Shown here: one piece after another, positions 20,235-30,911 of the stretch | Layout of the letters: every line of letters starts with the position of its first letter | Numbering within the stretch: position 1 is the stretch's first letter | NCBI GenBank assembly: GCA_003731685.1 | Contig: RCNO01000004.1 | Span: 2,222 to 66,221, forward strand | Length of the DNA stretch: 64,000 nt | Origin: Bacteroidetes/Chlorobi group bacterium MS-B_bin-24 | GTDB taxonomy: Bacteria; Bacteroidota; Ignavibacteria; Kapaibacteriales; UBA2268 | Direction of reading: 5' to 3' | Made by a program: the position numbers and the translations under genes | Notes under the pieces: model-generated | Told to the model about the DNA's origin: nothing | Seen by the model: only the letters and a program-made list of their open reading frames with translations | Database searches by the model: none

Positions 20235-23066
20235 ATGAAAAAGTTGGTTCTTTTTATTCTTGTTGGTTGGGCATATTTTGCTTATGCCAGCGAGGCGACC
20301 TTTACATTGGAGGGCAAAGTTTTCGACGCCGAAACCAACGAGCCTTTGCCGGGTGCAACTGTCCAAATCGTCGAAATTCCCAAAGGCACTTTTACCGATG
20401 TGAAAGGTAGGTTTCGACTTAGCAATGTTCCTTTGCAACAAATTTCCATCAAAGTTAGCTACATAGGCTATCAAGCGTCTCTGATTAATTTAGACCCGAA
20501 AAAAGAAAGGGAACTCGAAGTCCCATTGTATCCCGAAATCAAAGCTACCCAAGAGGTTACTGTCGAAGCAGTTCGCTCGCGGGATAATGAGACTGCTATC
20601 CTAAATTTGAAGAAGAATTCATCGAACCTTGCCGATGGAATTTCTTTGACCGAAATTAAGCGAATGGCGGACAATAGCTTATCATCGGCACTGAAGAGAA
20701 TTTCTGGCGTTTCGATGTATAACGATTTCGTTCTCGTTCGCGGAACAAGCGAAAGATATAGCAATGCAACTTTAAATGGTGTCGTTTTACCTTCGACTGA
20801 AGCCGACAAAAAGGTTTTTTCTTTCGATTTATTCCCCAGCGATTTTGTCGAAAATGTTACTTTGGTAAAGTCTTTCACGCCCGATATGCCTGGGAACTTT
20901 GCAGGCGGAATTGTCCAACTGAACACTGTTGATTTTCCTGTTGGTACCTCTTTGAAAGTCTCAATTGCTTCGAGCCAGAATTCAAACTTGCTTTTCAAAA
21001 GGAATGGCTTTTTGTCTTATCCGGGCGGAAAACTTGATTGGTTAGGAATAGATGATGGAACGCGAAAACTTCCCGATGGCTTCCCAAGCAACAGGACAGA
21101 ATTTAACCAATTGTTGAGCCTTGCAAACAATCCTTTCGATACGACTGGCGCAGTTCAAAAGTACGAAAAATTGGCAAGAGCATTCCAGAATAAGACCTTG
21201 AAGCAACAGCAGAGAACGATAACACCTTTCGATAATCGAAATTTTGCTTTGCAATATGCCACTTCGTTCGATGTTTCTGATTACTTGATTGGTATAACTG
21301 CAAACGGATTGTTTTCGAGCGAAAACAATGCGCAGATTATTCAAAGGAATACATATCTTTCGAACTTCGACACAATGTATAAAGCATCTGGTGGAAAATA
21401 CATTCGTTCTGCGAATCTTGGAGGTTTGCTTAACCTATCGTTCAAAACCCCATCGAGCCAGATTTATACGTTAAAAACATCAATTGTAAATAACACAGAT
21501 GATGAAATTCTAACTCTTGATGGTTCAGACTTGGGCTATCAATTTTTGGAATTTAAAACAAGAAGTATGCACTATACCCAAAAAACTTTATTCACAACTT
21601 CGCTACAAGGGAATAATGTCATTATTCCGTTAAATTTAAAATTTGATTGGACAGCGAACTATTCTAAATTAAATCGTTATGAACCCGATTACCGCCGATT
21701 CCGTTTCTCTCGTTCATTATTTAATGCACAATACGACCCAACGACGCCTTTTGTTCTTGAACTACTTTTCAATCAACAAGGCGATGGAACTCGGGCTGGT
21801 AGATTCTTTGCAAACTTAGACGAAGAGAAGCTATCGTTCCTATCGAATTTTGAGAGAACCTTTGGGTCAACAAAAGTCAAGTTCGGAATTTTGTTCGATA
21901 ATACTCGCCGAAATTTCAACGCACGGTCGATAACAATAACTGCATCACCATATTTAAGCGAGGACATCTATCAATTGCTTAGTGAATATGATAATATTGA
22001 TAAAATACTTGACCCCGCTAATTTCCGTTATGAAGATGGTTTGCGGATAGGCGAAGACTCAAGACTAAGCGATTCTTACAATGGAGACGAACGACAAATA
22101 GCCGGCTATTTGATGATAGACCAGCGTTTTAATTTGTTCGATATTTCGATGCGTTTTGTTGGTGGAATTCGCTTCGAAAGTAATTTAATCCAATTACGAA
22201 GCCATAACATTAACGAACAACCCGTGCAACTTGATTATCTGACAAATGACTTTTTACCTTCGTTGAATTTAATTGTAATGACATCGAAGAACTCAAATCT
22301 TCGTGCTTCGGTAAGTCGAACACTGGCGCGACCATCGTTCAGGGAGTTTGCTCCTTTCGCATTCTACGATTATTACGAACTGTGCCTTGTTCAGGGAAAT
22401 CCTAATTTGAAGCGTGCGTTGATTACAAATATTGACTTGCGATACGAAATCTTTCCGTCGTTGAATGAGCTTTACTCTGTTGGTTTGTTCTACAAATCCT
22501 TTGTCGATGCAATCGAAGAGACAATCTTCCCGCAACAAAGTGAGTTAACTCGAACATTTGCTAATGCTAATGGAGTTGCGAAGAATTTCGGAATTGAAGT
22601 TGAGTTGCGTAAAAATCTTGGTTTCCTTTGGAGTGCACTCCAAAATTTATCTTTGACAACCAATGTTACTTTTATCCATTCCAGAGTAGAAGTTGACCAA
22701 GGCGGCAAAGGTACAACAGACGTGCGTCCTATGTGGGGACAATCTCCATATACCGTTAATGTTGGTTTGTTCTACCAAAATCAAACGACAGGTACAAGCT
22801 TTTCATTGACATATAACACCTATGGGAAACGTATTGTTCGAGTTTCCCAAGTTGGCGTGTATCAGACCAATGACCCACATGTTTACGAAATTCCCCAAAA
22901 CTTTTTGGATTTGGCAATTATTCAAAGGATTGCCCAGTTCGATCTGAAATTATCTGCGAGGAATATATTGAATGCAAAGACGATATACGAGCAGAATGGC
23001 AGAACTTGGGGAATTAATCGAATTGGAACCACATTTTCTATTTCTTTGTCTTACAGTATCTTATAA
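20235..23066 (+). CDS. TonB-dependent receptor with N-terminal carboxypeptidase-regulatory-like domain
   Basis: Signal peptide. GKVFDAETNEPLPGATVQI (CarbopepD_reg-like). Plug region (SLSSALKRISGVSM, VLVRGTSERYSNATLNG). Beta-barrel with a C-terminal ...FSISLSYSIL. Confidence 0.9.
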   Translation: MKKLVLFILVGWAYFAYASEATFTLEGKVFDAETNEPLPGATVQIVEIPKGTFTDVKGRFRLSNVPLQQISIKVSYIGYQASLINLDPKKERELEVPLYPEIKATQEVTVEAVRSRDNETAILNLKKNSSNLADGISLTEIKRMADNSLSSALKRISGVSMYNDFVLVRGTSERYSNATLNGVVLPSTEADKKVFSFDLFPSDFVENVTLVKSFTPDMPGNFAGGIVQLNTVDFPVGTSLKVSIASSQNSNLLFKRNGFLSYPGGKLDWLGIDDGTRKLPDGFPSNRTEFNQLLSLANNPFDTTGAVQKYEKLARAFQNKTLKQQQRTITPFDNRNFALQYATSFDVSDYLIGITANGLFSSENNAQIIQRNTYLSNFDTMYKASGGKYIRSANLGGLLNLSFKTPSSQIYTLKTSIVNNTDDEILTLDGSDLGYQFLEFKTRSMHYTQKTLFTTSLQGNNVIIPLNLKFDWTANYSKLNRYEPDYRRFRFSRSLFNAQYDPTTPFVLELLFNQQGDGTRAGRFFANLDEEKLSFLSNFERTFGSTKVKFGILFDNTRRNFNARSITITASPYLSEDIYQLLSEYDNIDKILDPANFRYEDGLRIGEDSRLSDSYNGDERQIAGYLMIDQRFNLFDISMRFVGGIRFESNLIQLRSHNINEQPVQLDYLTNDFLPSLNLIVMTSKNSNLRASVSRTLARPSFREFAPFAFYDYYELCLVQGNPNLKRALITNIDLRYEIFPSLNELYSVGLFYKSFVDAIEETIFPQQSELTRTFANANGVAKNFGIEVELRKNLGFLWSALQNLSLTTNVTFIHSRVEVDQGGKGTTDVRPMWGQSPYTVNVGLFYQNQTTGTSFSLTYNTYGKRIVRVSQVGVYQTNDPHVYEIPQNFLDLAIIQRIAQFDLKLSARNILNAKTIYEQNGRTWGINRIGTTFSISLSYSIL

Positions 23067-23072
23067 AATTTT

Positions 23073-25121
23073 ATGTTTAACAAATTAATTAGAAAAATGA
23101 AAAAAATAAGAATTACTTTACTTGCAATAGCAATAACAATTTTGGCTTCGATTGGAATAGTCGCTCAGCCGACAACTATTCGATTGTTGTATCCTAACGG
23201 CGGCGAAAAGTTTCGTCCAGGTTACTCTGTTACAATTCGATGGGATACGACTGGTACTTATCGCTCGCGGTTTGCATTTCAGTTTGGTACCTCTCCAACT
23301 GGTCCTTGGACTACAATTTCAAGCCTCTCAAATGTTTTGGATAGTGGCAGAACGCGCGGCAAAGTGGACGGTGGATGGAGAGTACCTGCTGTAAAAACGC
23401 AGACCGGTTATATTAGGATGGTTCTGTTAAATCCCGATGGCAGTCTTAATGAAAATGTAACAGATATCAATGATGCTCCATTCGAAATTGAGCAACCAGA
23501 ACCGATAAAACCTGATTCAGTTTTAAGAACGCCGATTACCTCCCGTGTTAAATTAACATCGAAAAAGTTATATGCTCTTGATGGATATGTTTTTGTTGAT
23601 TCTCTTGGTGTGCTGGAAATTGAGCCGGGTACGATAATCATAGGAGACACAGTTGGTCAAAATTCTGCTTTGTGTGTGAATCGTGGCGGTAAAATCTTTG
23701 CGGTTGGCACGCCCGAAAAGCCAATAATTTTCACAAGTTCAGCGCCTCCGGGGCAAAGACGACCCGGTGATTGGGGTGGAGTGCTTATTTGTGGGCTGGC
23801 AAGCACAAACCATCCCGGTGGTGAAGCTGCTTTGGAAGGTGGAATTGCAGATGCTAATAGAGTGCGTGGTTGGTTTGGCGGTAGAAACAATCCAAATGAT
23901 GATGATAACAGCGGAATCCTCCGCTATGTTAGGATTGAATTTGCCGGAATTGCTGCTGCTCCAAACCAAGAACTTAATGGACTTACGTTGGGTGCTGTTG
24001 GCAGGGGAACTCAAATTGACCACGTAATGGTTTCCTATGCTAATGATGATTCCTTCGAATGGTTTGGTGGAACTGTAAATGCCAAATATATAATTGCATA
24101 CAAAGGATTAGACGACGAGTTTGATACCGACAATGGTTATAGTGGTTTTGTACAATTTGCTTTATCTATTAGGGACCCGCAGATTGCGGATGTGTCGGAA
24201 AGCCATTTATTTGAATCGGACAACGACGCTGCTGGTTCTTATAATCAACCTTTTACAAAGGCTGTCTTTTCGAATGTTACTGCTATTGGTCCACTTAAAG
24301 ATACAAGTTGGACTTCGGGCGTAGGACCAAATAAATATAATCCCCGATTTACAAGTATGGTGCAAATCCGCCGTAATTCTCGAATGAGTCTTTTTAACTC
24401 TTTAATGATAGGATGGCCTAAAGGTATTGAAATACTTTCTTCTGCTGGACAAAAAGCTGCCGCCAGCGATTCTATTCAAATAAGAAACAATTACATCTAT
24501 GGAATTAAATCTGCATTATTCTTTGCCGATGGGCAGAATCCAGGTGTTCCTTCCGATTGGCTTTTGAATCCACAATTTGGCAATTATGTGGATTTATCTT
24601 CCCCATACAATGCTCAATTAATTGACCCTTTTGCTGATAATGGCACATACGTCCCCGTGCCAAAACCAAATGCACCATACTTGAATTCTGCTACATTCGA
24701 AAGACGTGGTCCCGTCCCAATTGACAATCCATTTTTCGAAAGAGTTAGTTATGTCGGGGCATTCTCGCCAAATTTGATTGAACGCTGGGACTTGCCTTGG
24801 GCTGAATACGACCCAATAAATGCTTCATATTCCACAAGTTCGGTAGAAAGTGATGGGAACGCAAACGAACAACTTATTTCTATCCGACCAAACCCAACCA
24901 GCGATAGAATTCGCGTTTTGTTCAGAACGAACGGAAACAATGCCGCTTTTAAACTTTACGATGGGTTTGGAAATCTTCTCTTTGAATTTTCCGAAAGGAA
25001 TTTGAAGGACTCTTACTATGAATTACCTATTGATTTGAGCAATTTTGCAAGCGGAATTTATTACTTGCAATTCTCCATCGATGGTCGTTTTGGTGTTGAA
25101 AAGGTTATTTTGAACAAATAA
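23073..25121 (+). CDS. Secreted hypothetical protein with T9SS sorting domain, co-transcribed with the TonB-dependent receptor
   Basis: Starts 7 nt after the receptor stop. Signal peptide (MKKIRITLLAIAITILA). C-terminal IRPNPTSDRIRVLF...GIYYLQFSI tail. Confidence 0.75.
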   Translation: MFNKLIRKMKKIRITLLAIAITILASIGIVAQPTTIRLLYPNGGEKFRPGYSVTIRWDTTGTYRSRFAFQFGTSPTGPWTTISSLSNVLDSGRTRGKVDGGWRVPAVKTQTGYIRMVLLNPDGSLNENVTDINDAPFEIEQPEPIKPDSVLRTPITSRVKLTSKKLYALDGYVFVDSLGVLEIEPGTIIIGDTVGQNSALCVNRGGKIFAVGTPEKPIIFTSSAPPGQRRPGDWGGVLICGLASTNHPGGEAALEGGIADANRVRGWFGGRNNPNDDDNSGILRYVRIEFAGIAAAPNQELNGLTLGAVGRGTQIDHVMVSYANDDSFEWFGGTVNAKYIIAYKGLDDEFDTDNGYSGFVQFALSIRDPQIADVSESHLFESDNDAAGSYNQPFTKAVFSNVTAIGPLKDTSWTSGVGPNKYNPRFTSMVQIRRNSRMSLFNSLMIGWPKGIEILSSAGQKAAASDSIQIRNNYIYGIKSALFFADGQNPGVPSDWLLNPQFGNYVDLSSPYNAQLIDPFADNGTYVPVPKPNAPYLNSATFERRGPVPIDNPFFERVSYVGAFSPNLIERWDLPWAEYDPINASYSTSSVESDGNANEQLISIRPNPTSDRIRVLFRTNGNNAAFKLYDGFGNLLFEFSERNLKDSYYELPIDLSNFASGIYYLQFSIDGRFGVEKVILNK

Positions 25122-25144
25122 GATTTAGTTTAATAAAAGAACGA

Positions 25145-25176
25145 GGGGTTGCTCCAGACGTGGGCAACCCTTTTCC
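25145..25176 (+). terminator. Rho-independent terminator after the 23073-25121 gene
   Basis: GGGTTGC-(11 nt)-GCAACCC followed by TTTTCCCTTT. Confidence 0.6.
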
Positions 25177-25178
25177 CT

Positions 25179-27392
25179 TTATCCCACACCGAAATAATTC
25201 TTGTCGATCATTTTGAGGTCGAGAAATTTTTTTAACTTTTGGTGTTTCGTAAAGTTAGGGTCATACGTTAATATTTCGAAAGCAACTTTGCATGCTGTTG
25301 AAATGATTTCACCGTCGTAAGCAAGGTTGATGTATTTGAATGGCGGAAGCCCTGATTGTTGCTTCCCAAGAATATCGCCGGGTCCTCGCAATTGCAAATC
25401 GACTTCGGCAATTTGGAAGCCATCCGTAGTCGATTCCATTGTCTTAAGTCGTACAGCAACTGATTTCGATTCGCTATCGGTTGCAAGTGTTTTCTGCATC
25501 GAGGAATTATATTTGTCATCAGTAACAAGGAAGCAATAGGATTGTATTGAACCTCTGCCAACTCTACCACGAAGTTGGTGTAGTTGCGACAAGCCAAATC
25601 TTTCCGCATTTTCGATGACCATAATTGTGGCGTTTGGAACATCTATTCCTACTTCAATCACTGTTGTGGAAACAAGTATATCGTATTCGCCTCTTTTAAA
25701 TCGCTGCATTGTTTCCTCTTTCTCTTCGGCTTTCATTCTTCCGTGGAGTAGACCACAACGAAATTCGGGGAAAATCTCATTTTGCAGCAGTTCCCAGTGT
25801 TCACTTGCCGATTTTATGTCAATCTTTTCTGATTTTTCGATTAATGGATAAACGAAATATGCTTGCCTACCTTTTTTGATTTGCTTCCTGATGAACTCAT
25901 ACATTTTGTCTAAGTTGCTTTCGTAGACAATCTTTGTTATTATAGGTTTGCGTCCCTGCGGAAGTTCTTTGATTGTTGACACATCTAAATCGCCATATAA
26001 AGTCATTGCGAGCGTTCGAGGAATTGGAGTTGCCGACATAACTAATAAATGGGGTAGAAAGCCGTTCCCAAGCGATTTAGCAGCGAGTTCTCTTAGCCGA
26101 GAGCGTTGCTCAACACCAAATCGGTGTTGCTCATCGACAATGACAAGTCCAAGTCGGGCAAATTTCAAATTCCCTTCAAAAAGTGCATGGGTTCCAACAA
26201 TAATGTCTACTTTGTGGTCGCTGATTTGTTTTGCAACGCTATTTCTGTGCTTGGCATTTTGACTCCCGACCACAAGTTCAATATGAATTGGGAAATCTTT
26301 TAACAAGTTTTTTAAAGTCAAATAGTGCTGTTCGGCGAGTATTTCAGTTGGAGCCATTATTGCCGATTGAAAATTATTGGCTTTTGCAAGAAGCATTGCG
26401 AAAATGGCAACAATTGTTTTGCCCGAGCCAACATCCCCTTGCAAAAGCCTGTTCATTGGTTTGCCGCTCTTTAAGTCGTCGAAGATTTGCTTAATTACCT
26501 TTTTTTGGTCATTAGTTAATTCAAATTGTAAGCTGGAATGAAACTCTTTGATTATTGATTTAGAGGTGTCGAAGATTGGAGCTTTGGAGTGTAATTTCTG
26601 ATTTTGCCTGTTAAAAGCAAGGAAAATTTCAAACACCAAAGCTTCGGTGAATTTGAATCGCTCGAATAATTTAGGTATTTCCGATGGATTTTGTGGGAAG
26701 TGTAAGTTCTCAATTGTATAATGCAAGTCTTTATAACCCAGTTGGTTGATAATTTCATTTAAAAGGATGTCTTCGATTTTATGTAAACTTTCTTTTAAAG
26801 ATTCCGAAATGATTTTCCTCAAAATTCTATTGTTAATTTTTGCAGATTTAAAATAAGAATTCAGTGGGTAAATTGGGATTGTTGTTCCCTTTTGCAATTC
26901 AAATTGTTCGGCTTGGTCGAATCGTTCTGTTTCGGGGTGGTGGAATGTGATTTCGTTATGAATTCCTAACTCGGCAATACCATAAATGATGTAGAATTGA
27001 TTGATTTCGAAATACTTTTCGTAATAATCGGGATATTGCCAATATATCAAGTTTGCGAAATCACCATTGAAATCTTGTATTTTCACCACAAGGTATTTTT
27101 TTCTATCTCTTGTTGTTCGGATTTCCTTCTCTACAACTTTGCCAAGAATAGTTACCTCTTCTTTGAAATCCAATGAATTAGGTTCTTGAATAAAAAAGTT
27201 GTCTTTAAGTATTTTTCCGTAAACTTGTTTGATGGTAAGAAGCGAACTTCTGTTTACATAACTTCGAGGGAAATAGAATAGCAAATCGACATCGTAAAAA
27301 ATTCCCGTTTTATGGAAGGCTTTTGCTCGCGAAGGTCCCACTCCTTTAAGAAATTGTATAGGCTTTGGTTCGGCTATTAAATTGTAAAACAT
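25179..27392 (-). CDS. recG: ATP-dependent DNA helicase RecG
   Basis: Wedge/OB N-domain, GDVGSGKT (motif I), VVDEQHRFG (motif II), HGRM...TTVIEVGIDVPNA...QLRGRVGRG. Confidence 0.9.
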   Translation of the reverse strand: MFYNLIAEPKPIQFLKGVGPSRAKAFHKTGIFYDVDLLFYFPRSYVNRSSLLTIKQVYGKILKDNFFIQEPNSLDFKEEVTILGKVVEKEIRTTRDRKKYLVVKIQDFNGDFANLIYWQYPDYYEKYFEINQFYIIYGIAELGIHNEITFHHPETERFDQAEQFELQKGTTIPIYPLNSYFKSAKINNRILRKIISESLKESLHKIEDILLNEIINQLGYKDLHYTIENLHFPQNPSEIPKLFERFKFTEALVFEIFLAFNRQNQKLHSKAPIFDTSKSIIKEFHSSLQFELTNDQKKVIKQIFDDLKSGKPMNRLLQGDVGSGKTIVAIFAMLLAKANNFQSAIMAPTEILAEQHYLTLKNLLKDFPIHIELVVGSQNAKHRNSVAKQISDHKVDIIVGTHALFEGNLKFARLGLVIVDEQHRFGVEQRSRLRELAAKSLGNGFLPHLLVMSATPIPRTLAMTLYGDLDVSTIKELPQGRKPIITKIVYESNLDKMYEFIRKQIKKGRQAYFVYPLIEKSEKIDIKSASEHWELLQNEIFPEFRCGLLHGRMKAEEKEETMQRFKRGEYDILVSTTVIEVGIDVPNATIMVIENAERFGLSQLHQLRGRVGRGSIQSYCFLVTDDKYNSSMQKTLATDSESKSVAVRLKTMESTTDGFQIAEVDLQLRGPGDILGKQQSGLPPFKYINLAYDGEIISTACKVAFEILTYDPNFTKHQKLKKFLDLKMIDKNYFGVG

Positions 27393-28246
27393 CAATCGTC
27401 AATGTAAATTTTGTATTTACCTAAGAATTTAAATCCTCCAATCAGGTCTATTTCTTTGATTTTTTTATCATCGTGCAAAATTACAACTTTTAACTTTTCT
27501 TTGCTTGTTGGAATGATTTCAAACGAATTTCGGTTTGGATTTTTAAGGAAAACTGAAACGGCGGTAGCAATAGCACCAGTGCCGCAAGCTCCTGTTTCGG
27601 CTTCAACTCCGCGTTCGTAGGTGCGGAGGAAAATTTGGTCATTGTGGATTTTGAAAATGTCTACATTGGTGCCATCAGGTAAAAAATCTTTATGGTAGCG
27701 AATTAGACGTCCTAATTCGGTAATTGGATAGTTGGAAAAATTAGTATTAGTTCCTTTGGAAATTATATCGAAATTTACAATGAAGTGTGGAGAACCAACG
27801 TCGATTAAATCACCAAGAAAATGCTGCGTTTCTGTTTCAATCTTTTTGTTTTCAATAATCAACTTTGGAGGTGGAAAAATGATTTTTATTTCAGTCCCAA
27901 TGATTTCAGCAGAATATTCCTGACCCCATACGTCAAATTTGATTGGTTCATTCTTGGGTTGAAATAATCCTTTTTCCAAAGCGAATGCTACTGCACAGCG
28001 TCCGCCGTTTCCACACATCATTCCAAAGGAGCCATCGGGGTTAAAGAATTTCACAGAGAAGTCTTGTTTTGGCTCATCCGAGGGTTCGATTAGAAGAATA
28101 CCTTCAGTTTTGTTCTGTGGATAACTTTTGGTACAAATTTGATTTGAATATTTCCTTATTAAATTGGGTGGATATTTTCTTTCCCGATTGTCAATAACGG
28201 AAAAGATATTGCCCGCACCCGACATTATCTCGACTTCAAATTCCAT
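27392..28246 (-). CDS. dapF: Diaminopimelate epimerase
   Basis: NPDGSFGMMCGNGGRC and ETGACGTGA, the two catalytic Cys motifs. Confidence 0.9.
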   Translation of the reverse strand: MEFEVEIMSGAGNIFSVIDNRERKYPPNLIRKYSNQICTKSYPQNKTEGILLIEPSDEPKQDFSVKFFNPDGSFGMMCGNGGRCAVAFALEKGLFQPKNEPIKFDVWGQEYSAEIIGTEIKIIFPPPKLIIENKKIETETQHFLGDLIDVGSPHFIVNFDIISKGTNTNFSNYPITELGRLIRYHKDFLPDGTNVDIFKIHNDQIFLRTYERGVEAETGACGTGAIATAVSVFLKNPNRNSFEIIPTSKEKLKVVILHDDKKIKEIDLIGGFKFLGKYKIYIDD

Positions 28247-29051
28247 TGGTTATTTCCAGATAACAGGAAATTAGAGTTTGCGAAAGTTCATCGTGGATTA
28301 ATCCATTTGTTGCAAGGATGTTGTTATCGGTAATCCAGTATGGGTCGCCGTTATATTTTGTAACTTTGCCACCTGCTTCTTGGATAAGTAGAAACCCAGC
28401 GGCGACATCCCACGGGTTCAAATTTATTTCCCAAAAGCCATCGAAACTTCCTGCGGCAACATAGGCTAAATCTAATGCGGCTGAACCAAGACGGCGCACA
28501 GGTATTCCCATTTTCAGCATTTGAATGAACTGGTCGATACAATATCCGGGATTCGAATCGATGTTGTATGGAAATCCTGTTACAAGGAACGATTCTTCAA
28601 GCCTTTGGCTAGTTGAAACTTTGAGTTTCACTCCGTTGAGGAAAGCACCATGCCCTTTTTCCGAAACAAATAGTTCGTCGAGGATTGGATTGTAAATTAC
28701 TCCTGTGAAAATTTCTTTGTTTTGTGATAGAGCAATAGAAACGCTAAAAATAGGCAAGTTGTGGGCAAAATTTACTGTTCCGTCGAGTGGGTCGATTATC
28801 CAAATTGGAATGTCATTTTTCCACTGGCTCGATAGCCCGCTTTCTTCGGCAAGGAAAATTGTCTCGGGGAACGCTTTCGAAAGGCTTTCGATTATGAATT
28901 CTTCGGAACGGTGGTCGTAATCGGTTACAAGGTTGTTTTTCCCTTCTTTGTTAGTAATTGTAAATGTACTTCCAAAGCCTTGTCGGAGTATCTTCCCCGC
29001 TTCTTTTGCAACCTCTATTGCTTTTTGAGTATAATCGCTAAACATAGACAT
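28236..29051 (-). CDS. Inositol monophosphatase family protein (SuhB-like)
   Basis: LAEESG, WIIDPLDGTVNF and WDVAAG motifs. Confidence 0.85.
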   Translation of the reverse strand: MSMFSDYTQKAIEVAKEAGKILRQGFGSTFTITNKEGKNNLVTDYDHRSEEFIIESLSKAFPETIFLAEESGLSSQWKNDIPIWIIDPLDGTVNFAHNLPIFSVSIALSQNKEIFTGVIYNPILDELFVSEKGHGAFLNGVKLKVSTSQRLEESFLVTGFPYNIDSNPGYCIDQFIQMLKMGIPVRRLGSAALDLAYVAAGSFDGFWEINLNPWDVAAGFLLIQEAGGKVTKYNGDPYWITDNNILATNGLIHDELSQTLISCYLEITNGI

Positions 29052-29094
29052 CTTATTTAAAATTATTTCGACGATTTATTCGTTTTTTTCTTTA

Positions 29095-29685
29095 TTGTTT
29101 TTAATTTTGTTTTTTCAAAGGAGGCTGGAATTCGACAAAGATTTATCGAAAGACGAGAAAGAATCGCAGCGTAATCCTTTGAAATCAAGAGTTTTGGTAC
29201 TCAACCAAAGTTATGAACCAATCAGCATCTGTTCTGCAAAAAAAGCTTTACTTCTTCTTTTAACCACAAAGGCGGAGTTAGTCGAGAAAAAAGATGGTTT
29301 TGTGCTACATTCAGTTCGTTCCGACTTTCCATTGCCAAGCATCATTAGACTTTCCCGATTTATCAATATTCCTCGGAAAAGAATAGAACTATCTCGTAAG
29401 AACATTTTAAGGCGAGATGGCTATAGGTGTCAGTATTGTGGAACTTATTCAACAAATTTAACTGTTGACCATATAATTCCCAAATCCCGAGGCGGAAGCG
29501 ATACTTGGGAAAATCTGGTGGCTGCTTGCATTTCTTGCAACAACAAGAAAGGCAATAGAACACCCGAAGAAGCAGGTATGAAGTTGATAAACAAACCAAG
29601 GAAGCCTAATCATATCATCTTCATTAAGAGCTTCGTTGGTAATGCTATCGACGAAAATTGGAAACCATATCTTTTTGTAGATTAG
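29095..29685 (+). CDS. HNH endonuclease family protein (McrA-like small HNH)
   Basis: RDGYRCQYCG...LTVDHIIPKSRGGSDTWENLVAACISCNNKKGNRTPEE. The true start is probably the internal TTG at 29179 (LKSRVLVLNQSYEP). Confidence 0.8.
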   Translation: MFLILFFQRRLEFDKDLSKDEKESQRNPLKSRVLVLNQSYEPISICSAKKALLLLLTTKAELVEKKDGFVLHSVRSDFPLPSIIRLSRFINIPRKRIELSRKNILRRDGYRCQYCGTYSTNLTVDHIIPKSRGGSDTWENLVAACISCNNKKGNRTPEEAGMKLINKPRKPNHIIFIKSFVGNAIDENWKPYLFVD

Positions 29686-30911
29686 ATTTTACTTTTCGGT
29701 ACCAATGGAATTATCTTTCCAATTAAATAAACGCTAAGAACGAAGAAGCCCAAAGAACCAAAAGTCAAAGAATAATCAATAATTGTGGGGCTGTACGATA
29801 TTTTTTCGTTCGTTATTAAATCGAAGCTTAGGGTAGGTACAATTAACAGAAACCTTTCGAGCCACATTCCAATGACTACATTGAAGGAAATTAAAATTTG
29901 AAGATTAGTGTTCTTACGAACTTTTTCGAACCAGAAAAATTGCGGAAGGATGAAAATCTGAAAAATCATAATCAATGTTAAGATTAAGTAAGATTTATTA
30001 AAACGAAGCGAAAGCAATCTTAAAATGCTTGGTTCCTGCGAATAAAATCCAAAGAAGTATTCCAGAAGATAGAAATATAATGTGAGTAATGAGAATGTTA
30101 AAATAAGTTTTGAAAGATAAATTCCAGAAATTTCGGGTATTTCTAATTTAGTTGAATTATATTTTGTTAAAATTGCTGTAACAAACAACAAAAGAGCAAG
30201 TCCTGTATATATCGCTCCGATTACAAAGTAGATTGGCAGCATTGTTGAATGCCAAACGGGAAGAATGGTTACGGAAAAATCAAAAGAAACAATGGAATGC
30301 ACAGAAACGACAACAAAAGTTAGTATTCCCGCAAATAGGTTGTATGTCCAATGGTATTCTTTCCAATTTGCACTTGAACCAGACCAATATTTGTTCAGGA
30401 ACGAAAAAACTTTTCGTTTTCTTTTTGGATGTTTAATGTTGAAAAGTTTGTAGTCGGGGAGAATTCCTAAAAACCAAAACAGGAAGCTTAAAATCATATA
30501 AGTGAAAATTGCTATCAAATCCCAAATTAATGGTGATTTGAAATTAACCCAGAGTGAAGTTTGATTGGGCAGGGGAAATAACCAGTAGAAAAACCAAGGG
30601 CGACCAAGATGAATAAGAGGAAAGAACCCTGCAATGATTATTGAAATTATTGTCATTGTTTCTGCAATTCGATGGATTGTTTCCCGCCATTGTTGTCGAA
30701 GCAAATATAGAATTGCCGAAATCAAAGTGCCAGAATGTGAATTACCAATCCAAAAGACAAAATTTACAATGTCTGTTCCCCAGACAACCTTTTTGTGAAT
30801 GCCCCAAGGTTCTAATCCATACACAAAAGTGTAAATGGCTGATAAAATCCAAATTATGGTTAAAAATATTGAGGTTATAATGATTGATTTTTCGATTTTA
30901 TGTGTTCTCAT
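29682..30911 (-). CDS. actC: NrfD/PsrC-family polytopic quinone-interacting membrane subunit (ActC/QrcD-like)
   Basis: About 10 predicted TM helices with NrfD-like sequence character. The start overlaps the stop of the upstream Fe-S subunit. Confidence 0.65.
   Translation of the reverse strand: MRTHKIEKSIIITSIFLTIIWILSAIYTFVYGLEPWGIHKKVVWGTDIVNFVFWIGNSHSGTLISAILYLLRQQWRETIHRIAETMTIISIIIAGFFPLIHLGRPWFFYWLFPLPNQTSLWVNFKSPLIWDLIAIFTYMILSFLFWFLGILPDYKLFNIKHPKRKRKVFSFLNKYWSGSSANWKEYHWTYNLFAGILTFVVVSVHSIVSFDFSVTILPVWHSTMLPIYFVIGAIYTGLALLLFVTAILTKYNSTKLEIPEISGIYLSKLILTFSLLTLYFYLLEYFFGFYSQEPSILRLLSLRFNKSYLILTLIMIFQIFILPQFFWFEKVRKNTNLQILISFNVVIGMWLERFLLIVPTLSFDLITNEKISYSPTIIDYSLTFGSLGFFVLSVYLIGKIIPLVPKSKI

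Noticed and set aside
29095-29685. HNH endonuclease as part of a restriction or defence locus
   Set aside because: It is a stand-alone small McrA-like HNH of ordinary composition. It has no methylase, ATPase or other partner, and it sits between suhB and the act cluster. It resembles the widely conserved solitary HNH genes.
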